Shown here: one piece after another, positions 53,701 through 63,244 of the stretch
How positions within the stretch are numbered: the stretch's first letter is position 1
How the letters are laid out: every line of letters starts with the position of its first letter
From: Oculina patagonica
Lineage: Eukaryota
Direction of reading: 5' to 3'
Length of the DNA: 64,000 nucleotides
Assembly: GCF_052425735.1 (NCBI RefSeq)
Contig: NC_135769.1
Location: 18,352,001 to 18,416,000, forward strand
Translations under genes and position numbers: made by a program
The notes under the pieces: model-generated
Databases searched by the model: none
What the model was told of the DNA's origin: nothing
Seen by the model: the letters and a program-made list of their open reading frames with translations, nothing else

Positions 53701-56700
53701 AGTTTGGGCTGCTGTTAATGGATTTTGACGATGCTGTTCGTGAAGGAGATGGGCAACGCCTTCATGACATATACAAGTTAGCTTTACTGCTTTACAAGTC
53801 TGGGGGGCATTTTAAGTATGCCTATGCTGTTCTCCATTACCTGGTGAAAATTGCAGCTCTTTACTCTGAATTTGAAGCTTTCCAGCTCTTCTGGAATAGA
53901 TTTTACAACAAGTATGGGCTGCTTGGAGGGAACATTTCTCTTGATCTCAAGAAAGAGCAGTTGCACAAGGTGCTGAAAACTGTCTGGAGGGGACTGGGAC
54001 CAAATCTAAATGAAAAGAGCGCATCACGGGTAGCGGAAACACTTGAAAATCTTGAGCGGCTGCTTAACTCAATCGACAAAGATTGCAGTCTACAGGAACG
54101 CAGAGGATACCGTTCAAAGGGAGACAACACAGAGGAAGTAATGCAAGTGATGTCAGACTTGATTGAAATCAAAGCCTTCAAACACACTCCAGGCAGGGAA
54201 GGACACCCTTCATTTCCCAACTTCCCACGCAGCATTGTAAATTTAGATTACAGAGATCTTCATGCCTGGATGACAGAAAAAAAGGACTTATGGAAATCAA
54301 TGTATGAAAGGGAAATGTAACTCATTGTATGGTTTTTAAAAAGAAATCCAACCTCTCATAGCTTGCACCTCCCAGTTGTACCCCATCATCTCTGGCAATT
54401 TCAGTCCCTGGGTGTTTTTTACATTGCCTACTTTTTTCTTATTAAGGTTATGTTCTGTAGATAGATGTAAATTTGTCAGGGGGGCTGTGTTTGTCAAAAA
54501 TCCGGAGCATTTAGAAATATGCTATAATATTTCAAGAAGTTTTGAAACAATATTACATTACACTGTAAGGCTTATGTATCTGAACATGTCAATCTTTTTG
54601 TAAAAATATTGGTTACTTTTTCAGCTCGATCTACATGCTTGCAGAATATACATAATGTATCAGTCCTTGATAGATCACTTGAGATCTGGTTTGTCCAGAT
54701 ATGTAAAAAGTTTATTGTGATCTTAGTTTTCAATAATAATTGAAAGGAATAAGAAGAATGAATAACATGTAGTTGAGTTACTCAAGTCACAGCCTTCACA
54801 GAAATAACAAATGTGATATCAACACAAAGTGATGGCAAAGATGCCTTGGGAAGCCACAAATAATGTCATTATTACAGTATTTTGAAAAACAGAAACAGGC
54901 TTGTTTTTTCTACAATAGTATTATACATGTATCATGCGTAACTGGGGACTCTGGAATAAAAGGGGTGGGATGCTTGTCAGACATTTTTAAAAAGAACCCA
55001 TAAAGCAGACTTCTGTGGGTGTGGCTCAAGGTGTTTTGAACTCATAAAAGAGACTTCCGATACTTAAAGCAGATTGAACATTTGTATATATATTTTCTTA
55101 GTGTACAACTCTAAACAAGACCTTGACAGCAGGTACAAATATTTTCCTGAAACATGCTACGAGACCAAAAATTTGAAATTAAAAGCTCTTAAGTGAGAGT
55201 TAGACAACAAGCATATCCCCCATTCATATCAAAGTCCCCTTATCGGCATCATACCTTTTTGTCACCAAGATACGGCTTTTGACATATTGTTCCATAAGAA
55301 AAGAAAGTTATGTCCACCTATTTCGCTCAGAAAAACTCTTCTTCGTTTTCCACTAGACTTTCATGGTCACAGTCACCAAATGAATATTCCATTGGTCTGC
55401 TTAAATTAGGGTCCATTAGCCTTCCTCCACCAAAAAGTTCTACCATTATGTCTAGGTTAGGTATGTCTTCAAATATTTCATGAAACACTTCCAATACTTT
55501 CAGAGCATGATTAATGGAAAACAGTGGAATGTGCTCCAAAACATCAATCACAGTAAATGTAGTGTGTGCTTTTGCAACAAGAGCATCCACAATGTTATTG
55601 CCATAGCCACAAGAAATGTTTTCACTTAGTAGATTCATTGTTGGAATTATTATCTGGACCACTTCTGAAAGTGCCTGCTGCAAATCAGTTTTGTCACTTG
55701 GTGAAACTGGCCGACTTAATGTTGGTTGTGGCACACTGCTGACTTTGTTGAGCTCAAACGCAGGCAATGATGCTGTGCAAGTATTACCTGAGCATGCACA
55801 TTTCTTTGCACAGTGTGAACAACAATTATGTGATGGCTTGGCTGGGGAAATCCTTTTGTCAAAAGGCTTGTATGCCTCGACACGATAGCAACCATTAGTG
55901 TCTAGAAATGCTTTGACAGCATCTTCGCAAAAGTTCTTTTGTTGTCCATAATAAATAGTCAAGACATGGGCGAGTCTGTTGTCCCTTCCACCACGTCCAG
56001 ATTCCTGGTGATAGTCCAGCATATTTCTCGCAGGTCCCCAGTGTATGATGTACCTCACATCAGGAAAATTAACTCCCATGCTGAGTGCTGAACTCGCAAT
56101 TATAATTCTCTTCTTTCCACTGTCTTTAAATGACTCGACAACCCTTTCTTTGTATTTTTTTAATGTTAAAGAATGATAGATCCCAATGATGCAATTTTCT
56201 GATGTCTGGCTGTCCTGAGGAAAGTAGGCTTCTTTCCCCAACTTCATCAGCAGATAGTTCAACACCCCTGCAATATCCGTAAGAGTTCCATTGCAAAATA
56301 CAATGCTCTTGGGGCAAGCAATTCCTTTCTCCTTGACAATGTCAACAAGCCAGTCCAAATGCTGGAACATGAGTTCTCTTTGACACTTTATTACAGAAAT
56401 CCTCAGATTTTCCCTGTTGGGACTTACATAAAATTTCTCCGGCCTTTTTAACACCAGTTGTTTGCTGATGACGCTTTGTGTTTTTTCATCCGCAGTTCCT
56501 GTAATTGCAAGTATCGGCGTCCCTTAAAAGACAAAATAAAGAAATCACTTAGTCAAGGATCAACAACTGACAGTATATTAGTTTCTAGTTGCCATTTCGA
56601 GTCAAACAATACATTCGAAAGCCTCCCCAAAAACTATTAACTAACCAGCCACATAATACAATGAATTAGCATTGAAGATAAATGAATAAAAAAAATTAAA

Positions 56701-59700
56701 TCCCCAAAACTCACCTTGTTTACAAAAGGATCGTATTTGAGACAATTTTGCGAACGCCTCACGAAAAGCAACGTTTGCATTGAGTTTTCCCTCTGATCTG
56801 TGACAATAAAAATAAGACAAGTATTAAAGCAACAAATTCGTCTTTAAATGGCCCAAAACGAAAATCTCCGGAAAGCCTGTTCGCAGGCTATATAGAAACA
56901 AAATACCTTTCTCCTGTCCACGTCTCGACAGTATGGGACTCATCGACCACAACCGCAGCCAATCTTCTATGAAACGAAGAGTTTGTTTCCTTTAAAATAT
57001 CTAGGAAACGTCGTTCAAGAACAGTCTCAGCCGCACCAAAGATGAGCTGAAATTTTGCTGACCGCAATTCATCTTCAGTGACATCTGCTGCTGAAGCCGC
57101 CGAAATTCCCATGCTTTGAGCCTCCGCAATCTGGTCCTCAATTATGCTTTTAAGCGGGCACACAACCAACGCCGTTTGTTGCTCATTCCTTTCGATCGTC
57201 GCAGCAACAACGAAAAGTTGAAAAATTAAACTTTTCCCATATCCTGTTGGAAGTACCGCCAGCACATCTTCCCCTTTAAGTAATGCTTGGACCGCATTGC
57301 GTTGCTCGGGCTTTAGTTCTAAGCTAAACTTCAAATGATTAGATAAAAATTCGGTAGCTTCGCGAAGAACACATTCTCTACTTGCCGCCATTTTGGTTTT
57401 TGTCTCTACCGGAAATGAAAAACTTTGTCTACGTCACGCATAATTAAAATCTACCAATCAGCACACTGCGTCCAAAATTTGGACGTGAACACTCGATATC
57501 CTGAGAGTCGCGTGCAGGCTTTCTTTCTCGGCGCTTCGCACCTCGTCGCCGGCGCTTTGCGCCGTCCGAGCGCTTTGCGCCGTCCGAGCACTCTCAGAAA
57601 ATCTCCCGAAAGCCTGTACGCAGGCTACAACAAAACATATTTTGTTTTTAAATTTAGAATTAAATCTAGACGATGCAAGTACCTCGTCTTGCCTCTTGCT
57701 AGTTAGGGCCCTGATTTTCTGATAGTGTCAATTATGTTATGTTTAAAACAGTAAGTGGGAGGTATAGTGGCCAAGTAGTTAGTCTGCTACACTCTAGATG
57801 GAGCAGTCTAGGCTTAAGCCCTGGCCCGGGTCACTGTGTTGTGTTCTTGGGCAAGACACTTTACTTTCATACAACCCTCCAAGTTAAGACCATTTTAGTC
57901 GCCATGGCGACTAAAATATTGGAGCTGGCGACTAAATTGGAGCTGAAGTCGCCAGCCTGGCGACTAAAATTGAGAAGAAGGATTGAAAGTGTAAGCTTAA
58001 TTCAGTGACTAAAATTTTTCACTGGTGACCAAACTTGAGCAGTCCGTGGCCAAATGGCCACTAAGTAAAAAAATAAACTTGGAGGGTTGTCATAGTGCCT
58101 CTCTCCACCCAGGTGTATAAATAGGTACTGGTGAATTTACTGCTGGTGGTAACCCTGTGATGGACTAGCATCCCATATTTTCAATTTCTTTCATATCAAA
58201 CAAGTTTACAATCAATTTGTAATGCATTTTGCTATTCCTGTCCATCACTAAGAATGGTATGATTGCTGGAGGGTGGCTTCGATGGTAACAGAGTGGTTTC
58301 CATGCTAACTACTGTTACAGTTTAATTCACAAAATGTGTGGTTCCAGAAAATGTCCGTACTCCCCTCATAGAAGGGATAGGAAATTCCTGGGGCCAAAAC
58401 TTTAAGGAAATGTATGAAGCTTAATTGGAATTTTCAGGAGAATTTACGGGTCTTAGGAAAAATTCCCATTTGTAGTAGATGTACAGACAATTTATGGAAC
58501 TAAACAATATCATGAATTATACTTGGGCGACACTTTCACTTATCAAATTCTGATCCTTTTTTGTACTTACCTCAAACACTGAAACTGCATACATCAGGAC
58601 ATACTGGTTTGAACAATTGTTCATAAAATATACACAATGGTGCCATGCCCCTGATTGCTGGCTAAAGTTCTGTAATACTTGTTCTAAGAAAAAAAATAAA
58701 ATAAAATTGTGACACTAACATCATCACTGTTATGCAAAGACTCAAGTTTGATTGTTGAGGGAGGGGGAGATAGGGCCGGGGGGAGGGAAACATACTGTAC
58801 TGGTGACATACCAGCCAATTCAAATGACGCTATAGTATCAATACAGTCGAAGCTCTCTTAACGGACACTCTCCTAGGCGGACAGCTCTACTAATGGCCGC
58901 CTTGTTTGAAACCCCATTTTAACTCCCATTCAAACTCTGTATTTTTACATTCTCATTAGCGGACATTCCCGTAAGCGGCCGCGGACACTTTCAGAGATCA
59001 CGACTTAGATTTTTTCTTTGCTTTTAAGCTCCCATAAGTGGACACCCCAAAAAAAAACCTAATAGTATTAACAACCTCTGTATCTTGCTTTTTTATCAAT
59101 CAACTTCACATCACCATTCGTCACAATGATTTTACAGTTTTTACAGTACCATATTTCAGTGTTTGTTTTGTCGTCATCCACGTCTGTCCTGTTATTGTTA
59201 GCTGGGCAAGCTCCAGTAAGCGGCCACCTATCGCCTACGCCTCTAGTGGCTGCTTACGAGAACCATTCTTGTAAGCGGCCAGCTCCAGTTACAGACACTT
59301 TTTTCGCATCCCGAGGGTGTCCGCTTACGAGAGCTTCGACTATACCAATATTGATGCTACTGCAGAAATGAGCCAGTTAATTAAACAATGACTTTGTTGT
59401 TGTAGCAGCGCCGTTTCACAGCCGGCGAGTCAAATGGTGATTTAATGCGCGTAGCTTGAAAACTTTCGGTTTAGCTCGATATTTAAATAGCCATGTTATC
59501 AGCTGAGAGCATTTGCAAGGATTGTAAAAGTGTTTTCAAAGTGAAATATACACAGTTGTTACAAAGAAAACTTCAAAAAGATTTTAAAAGAGCAGTGTTT
59601 CAAAAGGGTTTCTGAAGATTTTGCAAAGCGTTTTTAATCAGTTTTCGAAGGGTTTCCAAAGGGTTTTAAAGTGTCTTCAAAGGGCTTCCAACGGGTTTCC

Positions 59701-62340
59701 AAAGGGTTTCAAAGTGTTTCCAAAGGGTTTCAAACCCTCCAAAACCGGGTTTCCAAAGGGTTTCTAAGAGACCTCAACCCAACCCCCCCCCCCCCCCCAA
59801 CGCTGTTAATTTACAAATAAATACCTATTTCTCTTTTCCGATGGTTGTTGGTAGAAGCATCAAAGAATTCATTCATAAGCAGCTCCAAGGCATGAAGAGA
59901 TGCTGCGTCTGAAGACTGAGAGAGAAATTCAACAATCAACCACAAGATTGCAGTATGACCACACTGGGTTGGTACTTACAGCTAATTAAAATTCAGTTGT
60001 AAAGATTAAGCCTGCTGTCGAGCCAAGTGGTTCATCAGGCCAGAGCTTTTCCCAGTTTCTGTAGCATCAAGTGGCTAGGAATATTTCTACTCCTCTCTGG
60101 ATGCTAGTCCATCGCAGGGTTACCCCACAGCAGTAAATTTGCTGCTACCCATTTATACACCTGGCCCCAGTTGTTTGAAAGGTGGATAACGCTATCCACC
60201 GGATAAATCGCTATCCAGTGGATAGAGTAGTATGATTTGCTAACACCTATCCACTGGATAGCGATTTATCGGGTGGATAGCGTTATCCACCTTTCGAACA
60301 ACTGGGGCCTGGGTGGAGAGAAGCACCGTGAGAGTAAAGTGTCCTGCCTAACTAACTGTCACAAAGCAGTGCCCCGGCTAGGTCTCCAACCCGGACCGCT
60401 CTATCTGAAGTCTGGCGCACAAACCATTAGGACACCGCGCCTCCCACCAAAATTCAGTTGTACCTCTCTAATAATTAGCTGGCTGTCATAGCGGGGTCTG
60501 AGCCCAGGCAAGGGTCAATGTGTTGTGTGTTGAGATAACATGTAAGCTTTACTCTCAAAGTGTCTCTTTACCCAGTTGTATAAGGGTATGGGCAAATTAA
60601 ATGCTGGAGGATAACCCTGTGGTAGACTACAATCTTGGACAAAACTGTTGAAACACTTAGCAAATTTCCACTTATTTAGTTAACGGAGTTCAGTTTTGCA
60701 ACCCCCCTTCCCCCCATTTCAATGTTGGTAATGCTTTAGTGTATTTAAAAGAAAGCCTGTCGAGCCGCAAACCACAAGAAACAACATTGAGTAGGGGGGA
60801 AGGGGGTAAGATATTTTAACCCGCTTGCAAGTCGAGTCATTTGCGAAAAATGCGTGAAATGCGTATGTGTCAACTAGTTTTGTCCAAGATTGTAGCAGCC
60901 ATCCAGTGAGAGTATTGATACACGACTTCTGTAAATAAAATCACCTGCGGAAACGTTTCCAAGATTTGCATCAATCAAAGTTTGAAATGACGAGTGATCA
61001 TGAAGATTAACTGGCAAACAATAAATTTTATCTTGACAGAAGACTACAAAAAAATTACAAAAAAATTAATTTTACACAAAGCCGACAGTGCCAGACTGAA
61101 TGTCACCATTCGTTTAACAGGTCGCTGAACATAAAAGTTTTGTATCTTTTATTTTTATGGTGTTTATTCTGACTGTTTAGCAAGGCAAAGCCTTTTTTGA
61201 CAACTCTACAAAAGGGTTAAATCTGTGCCTGATAACAACAGTTTAGGGAGTTTTGGCCACAGAAAAAATTTGTTTATCACCAGTTCATTTTTGTGATCGC
61301 TCGCCTGAAACATTGTTGGAAACCACTTCAAACTTTGATTGATGGAAATATTGGAAATGTTTCTGCCGGTGTTTTGATTTCTGAAGTCGCATATTTATGC
61401 AAACGGTGGTAAGCACTTTATGATGAATGGTTTCAAAATGTTATTTCCATGAAAAAGATAAATGCTTAATAAGAACAATGAATCATTTAGGGTTCTGGCC
61501 CAGAGATTTTTCTCATAATTATGTTGCTCAGCCTTCAGCCAATCCCACCCAGGGTATCTATACATGCAATGCAGAGGGAAACCAACAGTCATTACCTTAA
61601 AGAATCTGACCCACCCACTTTGCATTGCGCGCCTGTTGTTGTTTACGAGCGCAGAGGCCCACAAAAACTATCGTTTCACGATAACCTTCTTTCAAAAACA
61701 GCGATCGTTCGATGAACACAAACTGTAGAGAAGCTGTAACAAGCGATAAGACTTGTTTCTAGCATTCACAACGCGATACAAACAGATTTCTCACCTTTTT
61801 CAATCCGCCATTTTTGGGGCCCCCAAAAAAGCCAGTGAGAGCGACCAAGAAGTAAAATCTGTTTCCAGCGCGATCTGAATGCTAGAAACAAGTCTTATCT
61901 CTTCTCTTCAGTTTATAATATTCGAACGATCGCTGTTTTTGAAAGAAGCATCATCATGTTACAATAGTTTTTGTGGTCCTCCGCGCTCATAAACAACAAC
62001 AGGGCGCGCAATGCAAAGTGGGTGGGTCAGACTCTTTAATAAAACATCAACTTTGAATTAAAGCTTTTTCAAGAATATGCACCACTTTTCCAAGTTTACA
62101 TACAGAAACTAGTTTTCATACAAAAGCTTACAAGTTTGTTGGCTGGAATCACGCCATCAGAATGAATGGATATCGAAATCCCAATGCCATCACTGGTAAT
62201 ATTAAAGCAATTATTAAAATATTATGTCTATTGGGTAGACTTAAAAAGGCTGTTCGATGCAACAACTTTTATTTGACTTCTAGGCGGTATCGCAGAGAGA
62301 TGAAAAAAGTTTAAGTAAGGCTTGTAAAGTTACTTACCAT
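17790..62340 (-). CDS. XPO6: Exportin-6 (importin-beta family nuclear export receptor for actin/profilin), 22 coding exons, ~1158 aa
   Basis: Exons spliced manually, all GT-AG with consistent phases: 62340-62338 (ATG only), 59915-59825, 58683-58571, 48167-47970, 47003-46403, 45926-45755, 44760-44634, 44357-44236, 32347-32239, 31845-31753, 31627-31558, 30859-30604, 29529-29379, 28872-28726, 28195-28121, 27583-27469, 26950-26792, 26191-25905, 25603-25448, 25207-25109, 23952-23722, 17891-17790 (sum 3477 nt). The peptides [91 protein letters not shown] and [33 protein letters not shown] closely match vertebrate XPO6 as I recall it. Confidence 0.95.
18112..18362. other. Assembly gap
   Basis: Run of N. 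Confidence 1.
20159..22209 (+). pseudogene. Degenerate RecQ-like helicase fragments inside the long-TIR element
   Basis: Fragments in colinear order, broken by stops and frameshifts: [20 protein letters not shown] (20159-), [10 protein letters not shown] (20901-20930, decayed DExH), [11 protein letters not shown] (decayed motif VI, ~21795-21825), [13 protein letters not shown]...[12 protein letters not shown] (RQC Zn cluster). Confidence 0.75.
20308..20742. mobile_element. MITE-like insertion with AATAAGCGCCGC/GCGGCGCTTATT repeats
   Basis: Begins TA|CCGTATTTACTCGAATAAGCGCCGC and carries several copies of the motif in both orientations; right end appears truncated. Confidence 0.5.
23225..23395. 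repeat. C/T-rich low-complexity tract with ~45-bp tandem unit
   Basis: Repeated CCCACACCCACGCTTCAACCTCCGTCCCTCCCTCCCTC. Confidence 0.8.
24307..24768. mobile_element. MITE with poly-G/poly-C TIRs
   Basis: CCCG(G)nTACTCCGGCTTG...CAAGCCGGAGTA(C)nTGGG; flanked by direct repeat GATTCTAC (8 bp, extendable to 10). Confidence 0.7.
26325..26700. repeat. ~105-120-bp tandem repeat, ~3.5 copies (same family at ~42945-43200)
   Basis: Recurring ACCACATG.AAGTACTGCTCA..AGCTTTCATT.GAATGGTCAC.CACTAGGG.TTTATCCACAGACTT. Confidence 0.8.
29605..29905 (+). mobile_element. tRNA-derived SINE
   Basis: Pol III A box (GGCCTAATGGTTAG) and B box (GGTTCGAGCCC) followed by a shared core GTGTTCTTGGGCAAGACAC...CCACCCAGGTGTATAAATGGGTACC; several other copies in the window. 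Confidence 0.75.
33172..33762. mobile_element. piggyBac-like MITE in left arm
   Basis: TTAA|CCCTCGGACGTACAA ... TTGTACGTCCGAGGG|TTAA. Confidence 0.8.
36390..36541. other. Assembly gap
   Basis: Run of N. Confidence 1.
37457..40792 (+). CDS. Ty3/Gypsy retrotransposon Pol (RT-RNase H-integrase), 5'-truncated but open
   Basis: RT: [41 protein letters not shown]. RNase H: VTDAA, CEVEALA, LTDSKP, PSDFASR. Integrase: H-x4-H...CHSC, FAADIL, RCDPAP, NPVAEK, GDLVYL. The domain order RT-RH-IN is Gypsy-type. No gag or protease seen, and the first ~17 codons derive from the foldback arm. Confidence 0.9.
41061..41281 (+). mobile_element. Polypurine tract and putative 3' LTR of the Gypsy element
   Basis: PPT AGAAGGAAAGAAGAAG at 41061-41076, TATAAAA at 41141, ATTAAA at 41222, and 9-bp inverted ends CGCCAGTAG (41080) / CTACTGGCG (41273-41281) abutting the resumed foldback arm. 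Confidence 0.65.
41430..42012. mobile_element. piggyBac-like MITE in right arm (mirror copy of 33172-33762)
   Basis: Same CCCTCGGACGTACAA TIR and TTAA TSD, at the homologous arm position in the opposite orientation. Confidence 0.8.
43210..44230 (-). mobile_element. 5'-truncated LINE (CR1/L2-group-like), RT C-terminus + 3'UTR
   Basis: Peptide THFMIF...[24 protein letters not shown]...[19 protein letters not shown] is typical of the region after the RT core in CR1/L2-group ORF2; followed by stops, an AT-rich tail and AATAAA near 43217-43222. Confidence 0.8.
45397..45680 (+). mobile_element. ~285-bp MITE (copy 1)
   Basis: TAGAGCAGTTTTCA...TGAAAACCGCTCTA ends with internal CCAATCA repeats; inverted copy at 47640-47924. 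Confidence 0.75.
47357..47626 (+). mobile_element. tRNA-derived SINE (same family)
   Basis: GTGGCCTCATGGCTAGTG...GGGTTCAAACCCTG...GTGTTCTTGGGCAAG core. Confidence 0.7.
47640..47924 (-). mobile_element. ~285-bp MITE (copy 2, opposite orientation)
   Basis: Reverse complement of 45397-45680 over its length. Confidence 0.75.
48666..54320 (+). CDS. Academ-type DDE transposase (DUF6589-like), 7 exons, ~1130 aa
   Basis: Exons 48666-50170, 50547-50883, 51311-51580, 51903-52104, 52372-52597, 53016-53138, 53591-54320 join in frame via GT-AG (3393 nt). Motifs [35 protein letters not shown] and [11 protein letters not shown]; N-terminal CRCC...CKPC zinc-binding pair; two C2H2-like fingers across exons 5-7. 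Confidence 0.85.
55327..57391 (-). CDS. RecQ-like superfamily-2 DNA helicase of the AcademH element, 3 exons, ~587 aa
   Basis: Exons 57391-56907, 56797-56715, 56522-55327 splice in frame (1764 nt). Motifs: Q motif LKPEQ, Walker [13 protein letters not shown], motif [26 protein letters not shown], and a Cys-rich RQC-like Zn site (CYR...CCSHC). Confidence 0.9.
57777..58176 (+). mobile_element. tRNA-derived SINE interrupted by a MITE
   Basis: Same SINE core, split at TCATA by the 57872-58089 insertion. Confidence 0.65.
57872..58089. mobile_element. hAT-like MITE with 5-bp TSD
   Basis: TIR CAACCCTCCAAGTT / AACTTGGAGGGTTG, TSD TCATA on both sides, subterminal GGCGACTAAA repeats. Confidence 0.75.
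58844..59342. mobile_element. TA-flanked pogo/Tigger-like MITE
   Basis: TA|CAGTCGAAGCTCTC.TAACGGACAC ... GTGTCCGCTTACGAGAGCTTCGACT(A)|TA. Confidence 0.7.
60010..60446 (-). mobile_element. tRNA-derived SINE (reverse), interrupted by a MITE
   Basis: Reverse complement of the SINE core (TACCCATTTATACACCTG|GGTGGAGAG). Confidence 0.65.
60164..60308. mobile_element. Palindromic PIF/Harbinger-like MITE
   Basis: GCCCCAGTTGTT.GAAAGGTGGATAACGCTATCCACC...GGTGGATAGCGTTATCCACCTTTCGAACAACTGGGGC, 3-bp TSD CTG. Confidence 0.75.
60630..60892. mobile_element. TA-flanked Tc1/mariner-like MITE
   Basis: TA|CAATCTTGGACAAAACT ... AGTTTTGTCCAAGATTG|TA. Confidence 0.75.
61601..62035. mobile_element. Kolobok-like palindromic MITE in XPO6 intron 1
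   Basis: TTAA|AGAATCTGACCCACCCACTTTGCATTGCGCGCC ... GGCGCGCAATGCAAAGTGGGTGGGTCAGACTCT|TTAA (TTAA TSD, RR..YY ends, ~170-bp arms). Confidence 0.75.
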
Positions 62341-62930
62341 GATTGCTTACGTACGCTGCTGTAACTTCGCGTGTTCCAACTGTCATTTACAATAAATCGC
62401 TTCCAAAACTATTCAGTTGACCAAAAAACATCTTCAGGATGGGTCAAACAAATAAGCCATACACAGTTGTCTTTTTATCGTAGTGAGATGCCGGGAATGA
62501 GCGCAACGTGGAGATCCTATCTACGGCATAGTCTAATGACTCACAGTCACCGCAAAAAACTCCCAGGCTTTCTTTGTCGAGTCGAGTCCTTGACCGAGAG
62601 CAAAGTCCTTAGAGCTCTCGTTACGCAAAACAACCAGTTTTTAACCAAAGAGAAAAAATAATGGTATTAGCCTCCACACTTTCGAAGCCAATTCTTTTAA
62701 GAACGCAAAACGGCGACAAAACCGGTTAAATTCTTGTACGATTGCGATAGCTATGCCCCTTTCACTTTCTTCCTGCCCGGCCCACACACATAAGAACGAG
62801 GCTGACACACAGCAAACAACGGGGAGGAGTCGGTCGAGTAAAACAAGTAGCCGACCAGTGGAGGGGTGGGGACCGTATATAAAATTCTCAAAAAATTAAG
62901 GACGGCTGGTTCGGACGCTCACGGCTCCTA
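62341..62930 (-). promoter_or_regulatory. Probable XPO6 5'UTR/promoter region
   Basis: Non-repetitive, relatively CpG-rich stretch immediately upstream of the ATG|GTAAGT first exon; TSS not determinable. Confidence 0.4.
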
Positions 62931-63244
62931 ATTCAGTGATTGAAATGCCACAGAACTTAATTGTACTGATGTACTATTTTGAATTCGTGAAGTTATCAAA
63001 AATAATAAATTCATATGGATGTTGCATTACACACTGCTGTACTCCCTATAATGGCCTATTTACGGAGAGGCTCCGCCCGAAAGGGGTACCTTTTTCAGAC
63101 TCCAGGTATATAAAAGGGTAGGGATTTCACAAGTTTAGGTATATGAAAGGGTAGAGAAATCTGCCATAATGTTATTTTAAAAGGCCTTTATATCATATAT
63201 TTCGAGCAGACGCAACTTTTGGCTGTATCGTTTTAATTTATTAA

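Larger units (their letters stand above)
48432..57627. mobile_element. Full-length AcademH-type DNA transposon (transposase + RecQ-like helicase) in XPO6 intron 3
   Basis: Termini TAGCCTGCGAACAGGCTTTC... / ...GAAAGCCTGTACGCAGGCTA (TIR, 19/20 match). Perfect 9-bp direct repeat CAACAAAAC at 48423-48431 and 57628-57636. Two convergent genes, an Academ-type transposase and an SF2 RecQ-like helicase, which is the defining AcademH architecture. Confidence 0.92.

Noticed and set aside
55327-57391. Host RecQ-family repair gene (WRN/BLM/RECQL) nested in XPO6
   Set aside because: It lies between TIRs with a 9-bp TSD, is paired with a transposase, and lacks the extra domains of host RecQ proteins; no gene symbol assigned
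59600-59765. AAAGGGTTTC-type repeats as telomeric or regulatory array
   Set aside because: A degenerate ~10-bp minisatellite inside an intronic repeat, not TTAGGG; no support for function
61790-61812. ATGGCG...AAG|GTGAG as the XPO6 first exon
   Set aside because: It reads ATG GCG GAT TGA (stop) and lies in the centre of a palindromic MITE; the ATG at 62340 fits better
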